Under the pieces are notes generated by a model that was not told where the DNA came from, did no database searches, and saw only the letters and a program-made list of their open reading frames with translations. Shown here one piece after another: positions 17,305-25,948 of a stretch of DNA of 32,000 nucleotides. Source of the DNA: an uncultured Erysipelotrichaceae bacterium (GTDB lineage Bacteria > Bacillota_I > Bacilli_A > Erysipelotrichales > Erysipelotrichaceae). How positions within the stretch are numbered: the stretch's first letter is position 1; every line of letters starts with the position of its first letter. The stretch covers positions 1,770,001-1,802,000 of the forward strand of contig OW818668.1 of NCBI GenBank assembly GCA_942493105.1, read 5' to 3'. Made by a program: the position numbers and the translations under genes.

Positions 17305-17973
17305 GATGTTGGATTCAATCTCATCATGAATCTTGATGGCCATTTGAGCATATGGAATATCTTTATACTGATCATAGTTAATGGGTTCTCCGATGATGAC
17401 TTGGAGCACATTTTTATGTTTCCACAATTTATCAAGTTCATGGGTATGGATTTGGGTTATAGGGACTATTGGTACTTTCGCTAAGTAAGCAGGTAATAAA
17501 ACTCCTGGTTTAAATTCTAGAAGTTCATTACTTTTTGATCGAGTTCCTTCAGGAAAAATCAAAACAGATCGGCCTTCTTTTAATGTCCGAACACTTTGTC
17601 TGAGCATTGTTACATTCGCATCGAATTCTTCGCGCTTAAAGGTAATAAATCCAATCAGCTTGCCCCATCTTCCAATCACAGGAAGCTTGAGATTTTCAAC
17701 TTTAGAAATAAACGTCATAGGTCTTTGCAGGACCGCCATCAATAAGATTGGATCAAACTGACCTTGATGATTAGAGACATAATAGACCGTTTGATCCTTT
17801 GAACCATCAACCTCATTTACGACGTAAGTGATGCCAGTCCACTTAAAAAAACGTTCACACCACTGTTTCAATGTAAACCAACGTTGTTCGAAAGTCCTTT
17901 TTTTCTGTCTAAGTGATGAAAAGTAAACAGGAAACAGTAAAACAGCAAATCTCAACCATTGATTCAATTTCAT
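17287..17973 (-). CDS. plsC: 1-acyl-sn-glycerol-3-phosphate acyltransferase
   Basis: 228 aa with the HX4D motif SNHQGQFDP, FPEGTRS and an N-terminal membrane anchor. Confidence 0.85.
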   Translation of the reverse strand: MKLNQWLRFAVLLFPVYFSSLRQKKRTFEQRWFTLKQWCERFFKWTGITYVVNEVDGSKDQTVYYVSNHQGQFDPILLMAVLQRPMTFISKVENLKLPVIGRWGKLIGFITFKREEFDANVTMLRQSVRTLKEGRSVLIFPEGTRSKSNELLEFKPGVLLPAYLAKVPIVPITQIHTHELDKLWKHKNVLQVIIGEPINYDQYKDIPYAQMAIKIHDEIESNIKKALS

Positions 17974-17974
17974 C

Positions 17975-18403
17975 CTAAGTTCCTACTTTAAAGATCAAAT
18001 CACCACTGGCTACGATGACCCCTCTTACCGAAGCTTTCGCTGATGCAAAACCGACGGGACCACGTTGTTTAGTCAAAGTGACTTCTAGAGTTAAAAGGTC
18101 ACCAGGAATGACTGGCGCTTTAAAACGAACATTTTCCATACCTGCAAAATAAGCGATCTTACCTTTATATGCTTCTTGAGATAAAAGCAAAACAGCACCC
18201 GTTTGAGCCAATGCTTCCATGATTAAGACACCTGGCATAATGTGTTGTTGAGGAAAATGACCTACAAAATGCATCTCGTTGGCACTGACAGCTTTGGTTC
18301 CAACGATGGTCACATTGTCGATGATGGATTCTATGGTATCTACCATTAAGAAAGGATATCGATGAGGAATGATGGCCTGGATTTGATTGGAGTTATAAAG
18401 CAT
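17975..18403 (-). CDS. fabZ: 3-hydroxyacyl-ACP dehydratase
   Basis: IPHRYPFLMVD...HFPQQHIMPGVLIMEALAQ. The start is taken at ATG 18403, overlapping the fabF stop (TAATG) with GGAAGGGGA upstream. The longer ORF start at 18418 is less likely. Confidence 0.88.
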   Translation of the reverse strand: MLYNSNQIQAIIPHRYPFLMVDTIESIIDNVTIVGTKAVSANEMHFVGHFPQQHIMPGVLIMEALAQTGAVLLLSQEAYKGKIAYFAGMENVRFKAPVIPGDLLTLEVTLTKQRGPVGFASAKASVRGVIVASGDLIFKVGT

Positions 18404-19644
18404 TAGATCCCCTTCCATTTCTTTAAGACGATGGAAGCATTATGTCCACCAAAGCCTAAAGAATTACTCATCGCCACATTTATTTCTGAATGTCTTGGGG
18501 TATTGGCTACGATATCCAGATCACATAAAGGATCAGCAGTGGTAAATCCAATGGTGGCAGGAATAATGCCATCTTGTAAGGCTTTGACACAGATGACAGC
18601 TTCTATGGCACCTGAAGCACCTAATAAATGCCCTGTTGAAGATTTTGTAGATGAGATGGGTACTTGATAGGCTCTATCTTTAAATAATGTTTTAACAGCC
18701 AAAGTTTCAGTTTTATCGTTAAGTGGTGTAGATGTTCCATGAGCATTGATATAATCGATGTCTTGGATCGTTAAAGATGCATCTTCAATGGCCAATGCCA
18801 TTGCATGAGCCCCCATTGATCCATCATCTAAAGGTGCAGTAATATGATTGGCATCACAAGATGTTCCATAGCCTACCATTTCACCATAGATCACTGCCTT
18901 ACGATCTAAGGCATGCTGAAGCTCTTCAAGAACTAAAACTGCTGCGCCTTCACCCATCACAAAGCCTGAACGGTTCGCATCAAAAGGAATACTGGCATGC
19001 AGTGGATCTTGGCCATCATGCAAAGCACGCATGACCATGAACCCAGCAATGCCTAAAGGTGTGATTGCAGATTCTGAACCGCCTGCCAGCATCACATCCT
19101 GATAACCATCGCGTATCTTATGAAAAGCTTCACCAATCGCATTGGTTCCTGCTGCACATGCAGTAACGATGGCACTGCAATGGCCTTGAGCTTGAGCATC
19201 GATCGCTACTTGTCCTGCAGCTAAATTGATCAAAGTCATGGGAATAAAGAAAGGCGAAATTCGAGTAGGACCTTTCTCATTGAGATTATTGTTGGCGTTT
19301 TCTAAAGACTGTAAGCCTCCGATACCTGATCCAATGATGACTCCATATCTTTGCTTATTAAGCAGCACTGGATCTAATGAAGCATCCGCAATCGCTTGTT
19401 TAGCCGCAATACGGGCGAATATTGTAAAGCGATCATTGAACTTTAATTCTCTGGCGCTAAAGTAAGACTCCATATCCAATCCTTTGACTTCTGCAGCCAA
19501 CTTAGTTTTATAGGCACTGGTATCAAAAGCAGTGATGAAATCGATGCCACATTTGGCACTTTTAATGCTTTCCCACAGTTCATTGACACTGTTGCCTACA
19601 GGTGATACTGCACCCATTCCGGTGATGACGACTCTTCTTTTCAT
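18403..19644 (-). CDS. fabF: 3-oxoacyl-ACP synthase II
   Basis: The start is at ATG 19644 (MKRRVVITGMGAVSPVGN). The active-site region is IVTACAAGTNAIG, with HGTSTP and GFGGHNASIV also present. The 38-codon extension in the ORF track overlaps fabG and is rejected. Confidence 0.92.
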   Translation of the reverse strand: MKRRVVITGMGAVSPVGNSVNELWESIKSAKCGIDFITAFDTSAYKTKLAAEVKGLDMESYFSARELKFNDRFTIFARIAAKQAIADASLDPVLLNKQRYGVIIGSGIGGLQSLENANNNLNEKGPTRISPFFIPMTLINLAAGQVAIDAQAQGHCSAIVTACAAGTNAIGEAFHKIRDGYQDVMLAGGSESAITPLGIAGFMVMRALHDGQDPLHASIPFDANRSGFVMGEGAAVLVLEELQHALDRKAVIYGEMVGYGTSCDANHITAPLDDGSMGAHAMALAIEDASLTIQDIDYINAHGTSTPLNDKTETLAVKTLFKDRAYQVPISSTKSSTGHLLGASGAIEAVICVKALQDGIIPATIGFTTADPLCDLDIVANTPRHSEINVAMSNSLGFGGHNASIVLKKWKGI

Positions 19645-19651
19645 GGTACCC

Positions 19652-20389
19652 TCACATGGCCATTCCGCCATCCACTTGGATGACTTGACCGCTGATATAC
19701 GATGCTTTTTCACTTGCGATAAACAAAGCACAATTCGCAATATCTTCAACTGTCCCAAATCTTCCCAAAGGAATTTGCTTCAAGATATTTGTTTTAACTT
19801 CTTCGCTTAAGACATCTGTCATTTTTGTTTGTATGAAGCCTGGTGCGATCGCATTGACCGTGATCCCTCGACTCGCAAATTCACGAGCCAAAGATTTGGT
19901 AAAGGCAATGATGCCGCCTTTAGATGCAGCATAATTTGCTTGGCCAGCATTACCTAAGATTCCAATGACTGAAGCCATATTGATGATACGTCCGCTTTTT
20001 GCCTTCAACATATGTTTGGATACATGTGATACCGTATTAAAGGTTCCCTTGAGATTAACAGATATGACTTCATCAAAATCTTGTTCCTTCATACGTAAGA
20101 TCAATCCATCTTTGGTGATCCCTGAATTGTTGATCAAGACATCGATCTTCCCAAAGGTTTCTATGGCCTTTTGGATCATATTTCCAACCGCAGCATAATC
20201 AGAGACATCACAGCCGATAACCAAAGTCTTAACGCCATAAGATTGACATTGTTGTGAAACTTCTTGAGCTGCAGCTTCAGATTTCGCATAATTGATGATC
20301 ACATCATATCCGTTTTGAGCAAAACTCAAAGCCAATTGTTGACCAATACCATGGGATGCCCCTGTAATCAATACAACAGAATTACTCAT
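19652..20389 (-). CDS. fabG: 3-oxoacyl-ACP reductase
   Basis: 245-aa SDR with TGASHGIG, NNSGI and the YAASKGG catalytic Tyr/Lys. Its position is inside the fab operon. Confidence 0.92.
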   Translation of the reverse strand: MSNSVVLITGASHGIGQQLALSFAQNGYDVIINYAKSEAAAQEVSQQCQSYGVKTLVIGCDVSDYAAVGNMIQKAIETFGKIDVLINNSGITKDGLILRMKEQDFDEVISVNLKGTFNTVSHVSKHMLKAKSGRIINMASVIGILGNAGQANYAASKGGIIAFTKSLAREFASRGITVNAIAPGFIQTKMTDVLSEEVKTNILKQIPLGRFGTVEDIANCALFIASEKASYISGQVIQVDGGMAM

Positions 20390-21299
20390 GTTTCAGTTCT
20401 CCTTTCAACTTTTCTATCGATGCACAACTTTCTACAGAAAATACTCTAACTTGAGGATCAATTTGACGCACAAGACTTGCTAAGGTCTTTCCTGGACCGA
20501 TTTCAATGAAAGTATCATAACCATCCTTAATCATATTTTTTATCGTCTTGACCCATTGAACACTGTTATAGATTTGATGTGTCAAAGCACTTATCACATC
20601 TGTTTCTCTTTCGCCACTGACATTGAAGTAAACAGGAATCTCAGATGATTTAAAATCAACCTGATCAAGACATATCTTAAGGCTACGTGATGCTTCTTTT
20701 AGTAGACTGCTGTGAAAAGCCCCTGATACTTTTAAAGGAATGATACGAGTGATGCCTTTATCTTTAAGCATCTTTTCAACATTCGATAAGGCTTCTTTTT
20801 CTCCACTCAACACAAACTGAGAAGGTGAATTATAATTCGCGATCTCAACGATGCCTGATGAGTTTTCTTTCAAAGTCTCATGAATCAAATCGATCTTATC
20901 TGATAAAACGGCACTCATCGAACTAAAGCCTGTCGGTAATGCTTCTGCCATGATTTGTCCTCTTAATCTGACCAGTGGGATCACTTGGTCAAGGCTAATG
21001 GCTTTCGCATAAGTCAATGCACTATATTCACCTAAACTTAACCCTGCAGTACCTTGAGCAACGATCCCTTCAGTCTCTAGTGCTTTAGCAATCATAAGTG
21101 AAGTCATGACCAAACAAACTTGTGTATAACTGGTATCATTTAAAACGTCTTCTGGGCCTTCAAACGTGATTTTTTTACTATCAAAATCTGTTTCGATTGA
21201 ATCAAAAAGAATCTTGGCATGCGGATAGGTTTCATAAACTTCTTTACCCATTCCGACTTTTTGTGAACCTTGGCCAACAAAAAGAAACGCGGTCTTCAT
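20382..21299 (-). CDS. fabD: Malonyl-CoA:ACP transacylase
   Basis: 305 aa with FVGQGSQKVGMG, the GLSLGEYSA active-site Ser, and VSGAFHS. Confidence 0.92.
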   Translation of the reverse strand: MKTAFLFVGQGSQKVGMGKEVYETYPHAKILFDSIETDFDSKKITFEGPEDVLNDTSYTQVCLVMTSLMIAKALETEGIVAQGTAGLSLGEYSALTYAKAISLDQVIPLVRLRGQIMAEALPTGFSSMSAVLSDKIDLIHETLKENSSGIVEIANYNSPSQFVLSGEKEALSNVEKMLKDKGITRIIPLKVSGAFHSSLLKEASRSLKICLDQVDFKSSEIPVYFNVSGERETDVISALTHQIYNSVQWVKTIKNMIKDGYDTFIEIGPGKTLASLVRQIDPQVRVFSVESCASIEKLKGELKHE

Positions 21300-22357
21300 C
21301 TTGGTGCACCCTGCATTTCATACATCAATTCATCGATCAGTTCTTTGACATGAACGATCTTATTGACCCGATACCCATTGGCACCAGTAAAGATCAAACC
21401 ATGTTCAACATCACCAGAAACAGAGTTGATCAGTGCTTCAGTGATACAGTAAGGCGTTGTTGGTGGATTACAAGGGCGCAAACAATTGACACAATGAAGC
21501 GGCGGAATGCGTTGAGTTCTCATCAGCTTAACAAAATCATTGACGATGGCTCTTCCTGGATAACCAGAAGGACTAATGACATATTCGATATCTGATTCTT
21601 TTGAATCAATCAGCGCTTGTTTAAATCGATCATGAGCATCACATTCAAAAGTTCCAATGAAGCGAGTTGCCATTTGAACGGCAGCAGCTCCTTTTTTTAA
21701 GTAAGAGGCAATATCACTTCCACTATAAATACCTCCTGCAACAACCAATGGGATATTTTGCCCGAGTTCTTCCAGTGCTTTTTTACAATCCTCAAAAATG
21801 TCTTCCAGTTTCTGTTCACTGTGACTTTTTAAATCTGCCCAAGAAAAACCTAGATGCCCCCCTGCCAAAGGTCCTTCAATCACGATAAAATCAGGATAGC
21901 GCATATAACGTTGAAACCAACGTCGACACAGTAAATAAGCAGCTTTGCCTGAAGATACGATGGGTGCTAAAGCAACTTGATCATTTTTAACTAGATTCGG
22001 CAATTCTAAAGGTAAGCCAGCTCCTGAGATGATCACATCAATATCCATATTTCCAATTTCTTGGGCATAGCGATCATAATGTTGACCCGCAACCATGATG
22101 TTGACTCCTAATAACCCTTTGCCTTCTGAGATCGATCTGGCTTTTTTAATTTCTTCTTTTAATGCTTTGATGTTGCTTGAGAAAGGATCTTTCCTAAAGT
22201 CAGGATCTTTATATCCAGGCTGAGCAGCAGAAATGACTCCCATGCCCCCTTCTTTCATCACATGACCCGCAAGATTGCCTAAAGAGACCCCAATGCCCAT
22301 CCCACCTTGTATGATGGGTATCGTTAAATGTTTCCCTTTAAATTGAAGATACTTCAT
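21296..22357 (-). CDS. Second FabK/nitronate-monooxygenase-family FMN TIM-barrel protein with a C-terminal 4-Cys cluster. Its function is unassigned (FabX-like candidate).
   Basis: 353 aa with IPIIQGGMGIGVS, GPLAGGH and VVAGGI. The Cys cluster is C289-x2-C292-x3-C296-x7-C304 (HCVNCLRPCNPPTTPYC, nt 21446-21493). It has ATGA overlaps with fabK upstream and fabD downstream. Confidence 0.7.
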   Translation of the reverse strand: MKYLQFKGKHLTIPIIQGGMGIGVSLGNLAGHVMKEGGMGVISAAQPGYKDPDFRKDPFSSNIKALKEEIKKARSISEGKGLLGVNIMVAGQHYDRYAQEIGNMDIDVIISGAGLPLELPNLVKNDQVALAPIVSSGKAAYLLCRRWFQRYMRYPDFIVIEGPLAGGHLGFSWADLKSHSEQKLEDIFEDCKKALEELGQNIPLVVAGGIYSGSDIASYLKKGAAAVQMATRFIGTFECDAHDRFKQALIDSKESDIEYVISPSGYPGRAIVNDFVKLMRTQRIPPLHCVNCLRPCNPPTTPYCITEALINSVSGDVEHGLIFTGANGYRVNKIVHVKELIDELMYEMQGAPR

Positions 22358-23298
22358 TTAAGTGCCTCAAGTTTAGAATTCAAAACGACCGCCTGTTTCT
22401 TTGAGTCTTGGATCATATCTTCAAAAATATCAGCTAAAGGTTTCATATCTTTGACCAAACCAGCGATTTGTCCCATCATGACAGATCCATTTTCCATGTC
22501 TCCATCAAACACAGCTTTGCGTAATGATCCCAAAGTCAACTTTTCAAGTTCTTCTCGATCGGCACCTTCTTTTTCTAGTTTGATGTATTTTTGACTCATC
22601 AGATTCTTCTTGATTCGTACAGGGGCTGAAACAGATCTTCCTGTCACGACCGTATCTGTATCTTTTGCATTGATGATTGCATCTTTATAGTTTTGATGAA
22701 TTGGACATTCATTGGCAACCAATAAGCAAGTTCCAACTTGAACCCCAATGGCACCTAAAGATAAAGCCGCATTAAATCCTCTGCCATCCGCGATCCCCCC
22801 AGCCGCAATGACAGGGATGCTTACAGCATCTATGACTTGTGGAACCAAGGCCATGGTGGTCAATTCTCCTACATGACCTCCGGCTTCAGTGCCTTCAACG
22901 ATGACCATATCAGCTCCTGCTTGTTGCATACGAAGTGCTAAACCAACTGTTGGGACAATGGGGATCACGATGATGCCCAAAGCTTTGAGTTTTGGGATAT
23001 ATTTTCCAGGGTTACCTGCACCTGTAGTAACAAGGGCTGGTTTCAATTCCGCGATCACTTCAAAGATTTCCTCAGTTTGAGGATTCATCATCATGACGTT
23101 GACCCCAAAAGGTTTATCCGTCAATTCACGGCATTTTATAATAGCAGCTCGAGCCACATCTGCTGGCCATCCACCTGTTCCAATGATGCCCAAAGCCCCT
23201 GAGTTACTGACTGCTGCTGCAAATTCAGCCGTAGCTATGTTGGCCATGGCCCCTTGTATGATCGGGTACTTGATTCCTAATATTTCATTTAACAACAT
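22354..23298 (-). CDS. fabK: Enoyl-ACP reductase II (FMN-dependent)
   Basis: 314 aa with YPIIQGAMANIATAEFAAAVSNSGALGIIG, VEGTEAGGHVG and IAAGGIADGRG. A strong RBS (AGGAGG) precedes it. Confidence 0.88.
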   Translation of the reverse strand: MLLNEILGIKYPIIQGAMANIATAEFAAAVSNSGALGIIGTGGWPADVARAAIIKCRELTDKPFGVNVMMMNPQTEEIFEVIAELKPALVTTGAGNPGKYIPKLKALGIIVIPIVPTVGLALRMQQAGADMVIVEGTEAGGHVGELTTMALVPQVIDAVSIPVIAAGGIADGRGFNAALSLGAIGVQVGTCLLVANECPIHQNYKDAIINAKDTDTVVTGRSVSAPVRIKKNLMSQKYIKLEKEGADREELEKLTLGSLRKAVFDGDMENGSVMMGQIAGLVKDMKPLADIFEDMIQDSKKQAVVLNSKLEALK

Positions 23299-23310
23299 GT
23301 TTCTTTCCTC

Positions 23311-24282
23311 CTAGAGTTCTATTAAAGTGCCAGCCCAAATCAATCCTGCCCCAAATCCAACCAATAAGATTTTCATATCTTGATGGACTAAACCATTTGA
23401 TTTGGCTTGGGCATAAGCAATTGGGATACTGGCAGATGATGTATTACCAAATTCATCCATATTCATCACAAATTTATCCATTGAAAACTTCATTTTATCA
23501 GCCACATGACTTAAGATTCTGGCATTGGCTTGATGTGGGATGATCAAATCGATGTCATCTATGCTTAAATTACTTTTCAATAGGATTTGTACAATCGCAT
23601 CTTCAACGGCTTTGACCGCAAAGCGAAACACAGCTTGACCTTTCATCCGTAAATACGGTGTTTGACCTTGGATATTACGTAAACTTGAATTAAGTTCAGT
23701 ACCATCCGTCGTTAAGGTCTGTTCAGTATCCCCTTGCGTATTCACAAAATGAACCCAGGGTTTTTGAGTGAGATCACTTCCAACCACGAAAGCTCCGGCA
23801 CCATCCCCAAAGAGAACGGCCGTACTGCGATCAGAATAGTCTAGGATCTTGCTTAAGGTTTCAGCGCCTATGACCAAGGCCGTGGTGACTTGACCACTTT
23901 GAATCAACGCATCCACTGTTTGTAGAGCCAATAAGAATCCGCTACAAGCACCATTAAGATCAAAAACCATCATTCGTTGTCCATTTAAGTTTAATTTTGC
24001 TTGAACCAAAGCTGCGGTACAAGGCATCATCGCATCAGGCGTCAAAGTCGCAACCAAGATACAATCAATGATGCTTGGATCAATTTGCGCATCCTGTATC
24101 GCACGCTGAGCAGCCAACACAGCTAAATCTGATGTATTCTCATGATTGGATAAATACCTTGTCTTGATGCCTGTTCTTTCTGTGATCCACGCATCATTGG
24201 TGTCCATGACTTGAGCTAAATCATGATTGGTAACACGATTATCAGGAACACTGTAACCTACTCCTAAAATTTTAGGACTCAT
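23311..24282 (-). CDS. fabH: 3-oxoacyl-ACP synthase III
   Basis: 323 aa with the NGACSGF active-site Cys, PHQANARI and GFGAGLIWAG. Confidence 0.92.
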   Translation of the reverse strand: MSPKILGVGYSVPDNRVTNHDLAQVMDTNDAWITERTGIKTRYLSNHENTSDLAVLAAQRAIQDAQIDPSIIDCILVATLTPDAMMPCTAALVQAKLNLNGQRMMVFDLNGACSGFLLALQTVDALIQSGQVTTALVIGAETLSKILDYSDRSTAVLFGDGAGAFVVGSDLTQKPWVHFVNTQGDTEQTLTTDGTELNSSLRNIQGQTPYLRMKGQAVFRFAVKAVEDAIVQILLKSNLSIDDIDLIIPHQANARILSHVADKMKFSMDKFVMNMDEFGNTSSASIPIAYAQAKSNGLVHQDMKILLVGFGAGLIWAGTLIEL

Positions 24283-25082
24283 ATTTTGACCCCAATATCT
24301 CTGAATTTTTTATAACGCAAATCAAGAAGTGTGTTTGTTTTTAAAGGACACAAGAGACTGAGATCTTGTCTAATGGTACTTTTGATGGCACTGATCACAG
24401 ATGCTTTGTTTTGATCAAAGCCTTCAGTAGGTTCAGGAATGATCTTATCGATGATGCCTTTATTGTAGAGATCATAAGCTGTACACTCCATCAATTCAGC
24501 TGCCTCTTGAGCTCTGCTTTCATCTTTCCATAAGATCGAAGCAAATCCTTCAGGAGATAAGATCGAATAAATGGCATTCTCAAGCATATACAGGCGATCT
24601 GCTACGCTTAATGCCAGTGCTCCTCCACTTCCTCCTTCAGACAAGACAAAGCTGATGATCGGCGTTTTTAGGCTTGAGAAGACTTTTAAAGATTGGGCAA
24701 TGGCAGAGGCTTGACCGCGTTCTTCTGCGCCTTTACCAGGAAATGCACCTGCTGTATCGACGATACATATGATTGGTCTTTTGAATTTCTCAGCTTGTTG
24801 AGCGATACGAATTGCTTTACGATATCCTTCAGGATGAGCCATCCCGAAATGACAGGCCATATTTTCTTCGATGTTTCTACCTTTTGATTGAGCAAGTACA
24901 GTAACAGGAATACCTTCAAAGAAAGCCAAACCTGCGATGATGGCTTTATCATCGCCATAGGCACGATCTCCACAGAGTTCAGTAAAGTCATCAAAGAGAT
25001 AAGGAATCAAATCCAGTGCTTTAGGACGATCTGTTTTGCGGGCATTGAGAACCCTTTGCCAAGCGCTTATTTTTTGGGTCAT
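24279..25082 (-). CDS. accA: Acetyl-CoA carboxylase carboxyltransferase alpha subunit
   Basis: 267 aa with RPKALDLI, DTAGAFPGKGAEERGQ and SEGGSGGALA. It has ATGA overlaps on both sides. Confidence 0.9.
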   Translation of the reverse strand: MTQKISAWQRVLNARKTDRPKALDLIPYLFDDFTELCGDRAYGDDKAIIAGLAFFEGIPVTVLAQSKGRNIEENMACHFGMAHPEGYRKAIRIAQQAEKFKRPIICIVDTAGAFPGKGAEERGQASAIAQSLKVFSSLKTPIISFVLSEGGSGGALALSVADRLYMLENAIYSILSPEGFASILWKDESRAQEAAELMECTAYDLYNKGIIDKIIPEPTEGFDQNKASVISAIKSTIRQDLSLLCPLKTNTLLDLRYKKFRDIGVKI

Positions 25083-25948
25083 GTTGTTCTCCTATGCATC
25101 AGAATAAGTCGTGATAATGTATTTTTAAGATCCTTACGTGAGATGATTTGATCGACAAAGCCTTTCTCTAATAAAAATTCTGCTTTTTGAAATTCTTCCG
25201 GGAGTTGTTCATTCATGGTTTTTTCAATGACACGTCTTCCTGCAAATCCAATCAAAGCTTTTGGTTCAGCCAAAATGATGTCCCCCAACATCGCAAAACT
25301 AGCAGAAACTCCACCTGTGGTTGGATGAGTCAAAACACTGATGTATAAACCTCCATGATCATCAAATCGAGATAAAGCTGAAGCTGTCTTTGACATTTGA
25401 AACAAAGATAAAATGCCTTCTTGCATTCTGGCTCCGCCTGATGCACTGAAGATGATCAAGGGATATTTCTTCTTGTCTGCAACTTCAATCAAGCGTGTGA
25501 TTTTTTCACCGACGATTTGCCCCATAGAACCCATGATAAAGCGACTATCCATGACAGCTAAGGCAATAGGAACTCCATTGATTTGAGCAATGCCCGTAAC
25601 CACCGCTTCTTGAAGATGCGTAAGTTCTTGAGCCTTGGTTATCTTTTTTAAGTATTCCGGAAAATCATTGATTTTATTTGATTTCGCCATACGATACAGT
25701 TCCTTGAATGTTTTCTCATCAGCAATTTGACTGATTCGTTCTTGAGCCCCTAAAGGAAAATGATAAGCACAACTAGGACATACCGACAAAGAAACTTTGA
25801 AATCGACTTGAGAAATCGCACTTTGGCAATTGGGACACATCAAAGGACTCAAATCATGGTTTGTTTTCGAATCAGCTTTATTAACTTTAGTAAACAACTT
25901 TTGAAAAAGAGAAAGTCTTTCTTTACGCTTGTTGAATAGAGTGTTCAC
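25079..25948 (-). CDS. accD: Acetyl-CoA carboxylase carboxyltransferase beta subunit
   Basis: It has the Zn ribbon CPNCQ...CPSCAYH and SASGGARMQEG. The start is ambiguous. The longest ORF begins at GTG 26002, an 80-nt overlap with accC and no SD. The in-frame GTG at 25948 has AAGGA 11 nt upstream and gives 289 aa. Confidence 0.85.
   Translation of the reverse strand: MNTLFNKRKERLSLFQKLFTKVNKADSKTNHDLSPLMCPNCQSAISQVDFKVSLSVCPSCAYHFPLGAQERISQIADEKTFKELYRMAKSNKINDFPEYLKKITKAQELTHLQEAVVTGIAQINGVPIALAVMDSRFIMGSMGQIVGEKITRLIEVADKKKYPLIIFSASGGARMQEGILSLFQMSKTASALSRFDDHGGLYISVLTHPTTGGVSASFAMLGDIILAEPKALIGFAGRRVIEKTMNEQLPEEFQKAEFLLEKGFVDQIISRKDLKNTLSRLILMHRRTT

Noticed and set aside
19652-19654. Possibility of a Mycoplasma-type genetic code (TGA = Trp)
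   Set aside because: TGA terminates fabG, fabK, accA, accD and the SGNH gene exactly at family-typical C-termini. I saw no conserved Trp position encoded by TGA, so the standard code applies.
19645-19758. N-terminal extensions offered by the ORF track. These cover fabF to 19758, accC to 27362, the beta-propeller gene to 9687, fabZ to 18418, GH13 to 1939, yggS from 1805 and DUF4870 from 11033.
   Set aside because: The track takes the longest ORF and counts GTG/TTG as starts. In each case a downstream ATG, usually with an SD, gives the family-typical N-terminus, while the extension overlaps the neighbouring gene.
18431-23314. Plus-strand ORFs antisense to fabF, fabG, fabD and fabK (for example 18431-18667, 19226-19465, 19532-19810, 19965-20198, 22889-23080 and 23093-23314)
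   Set aside because: They are antisense shadows of strongly conserved minus-strand genes. Their Pro/Ala/Ser-rich translations are typical of reverse frames.
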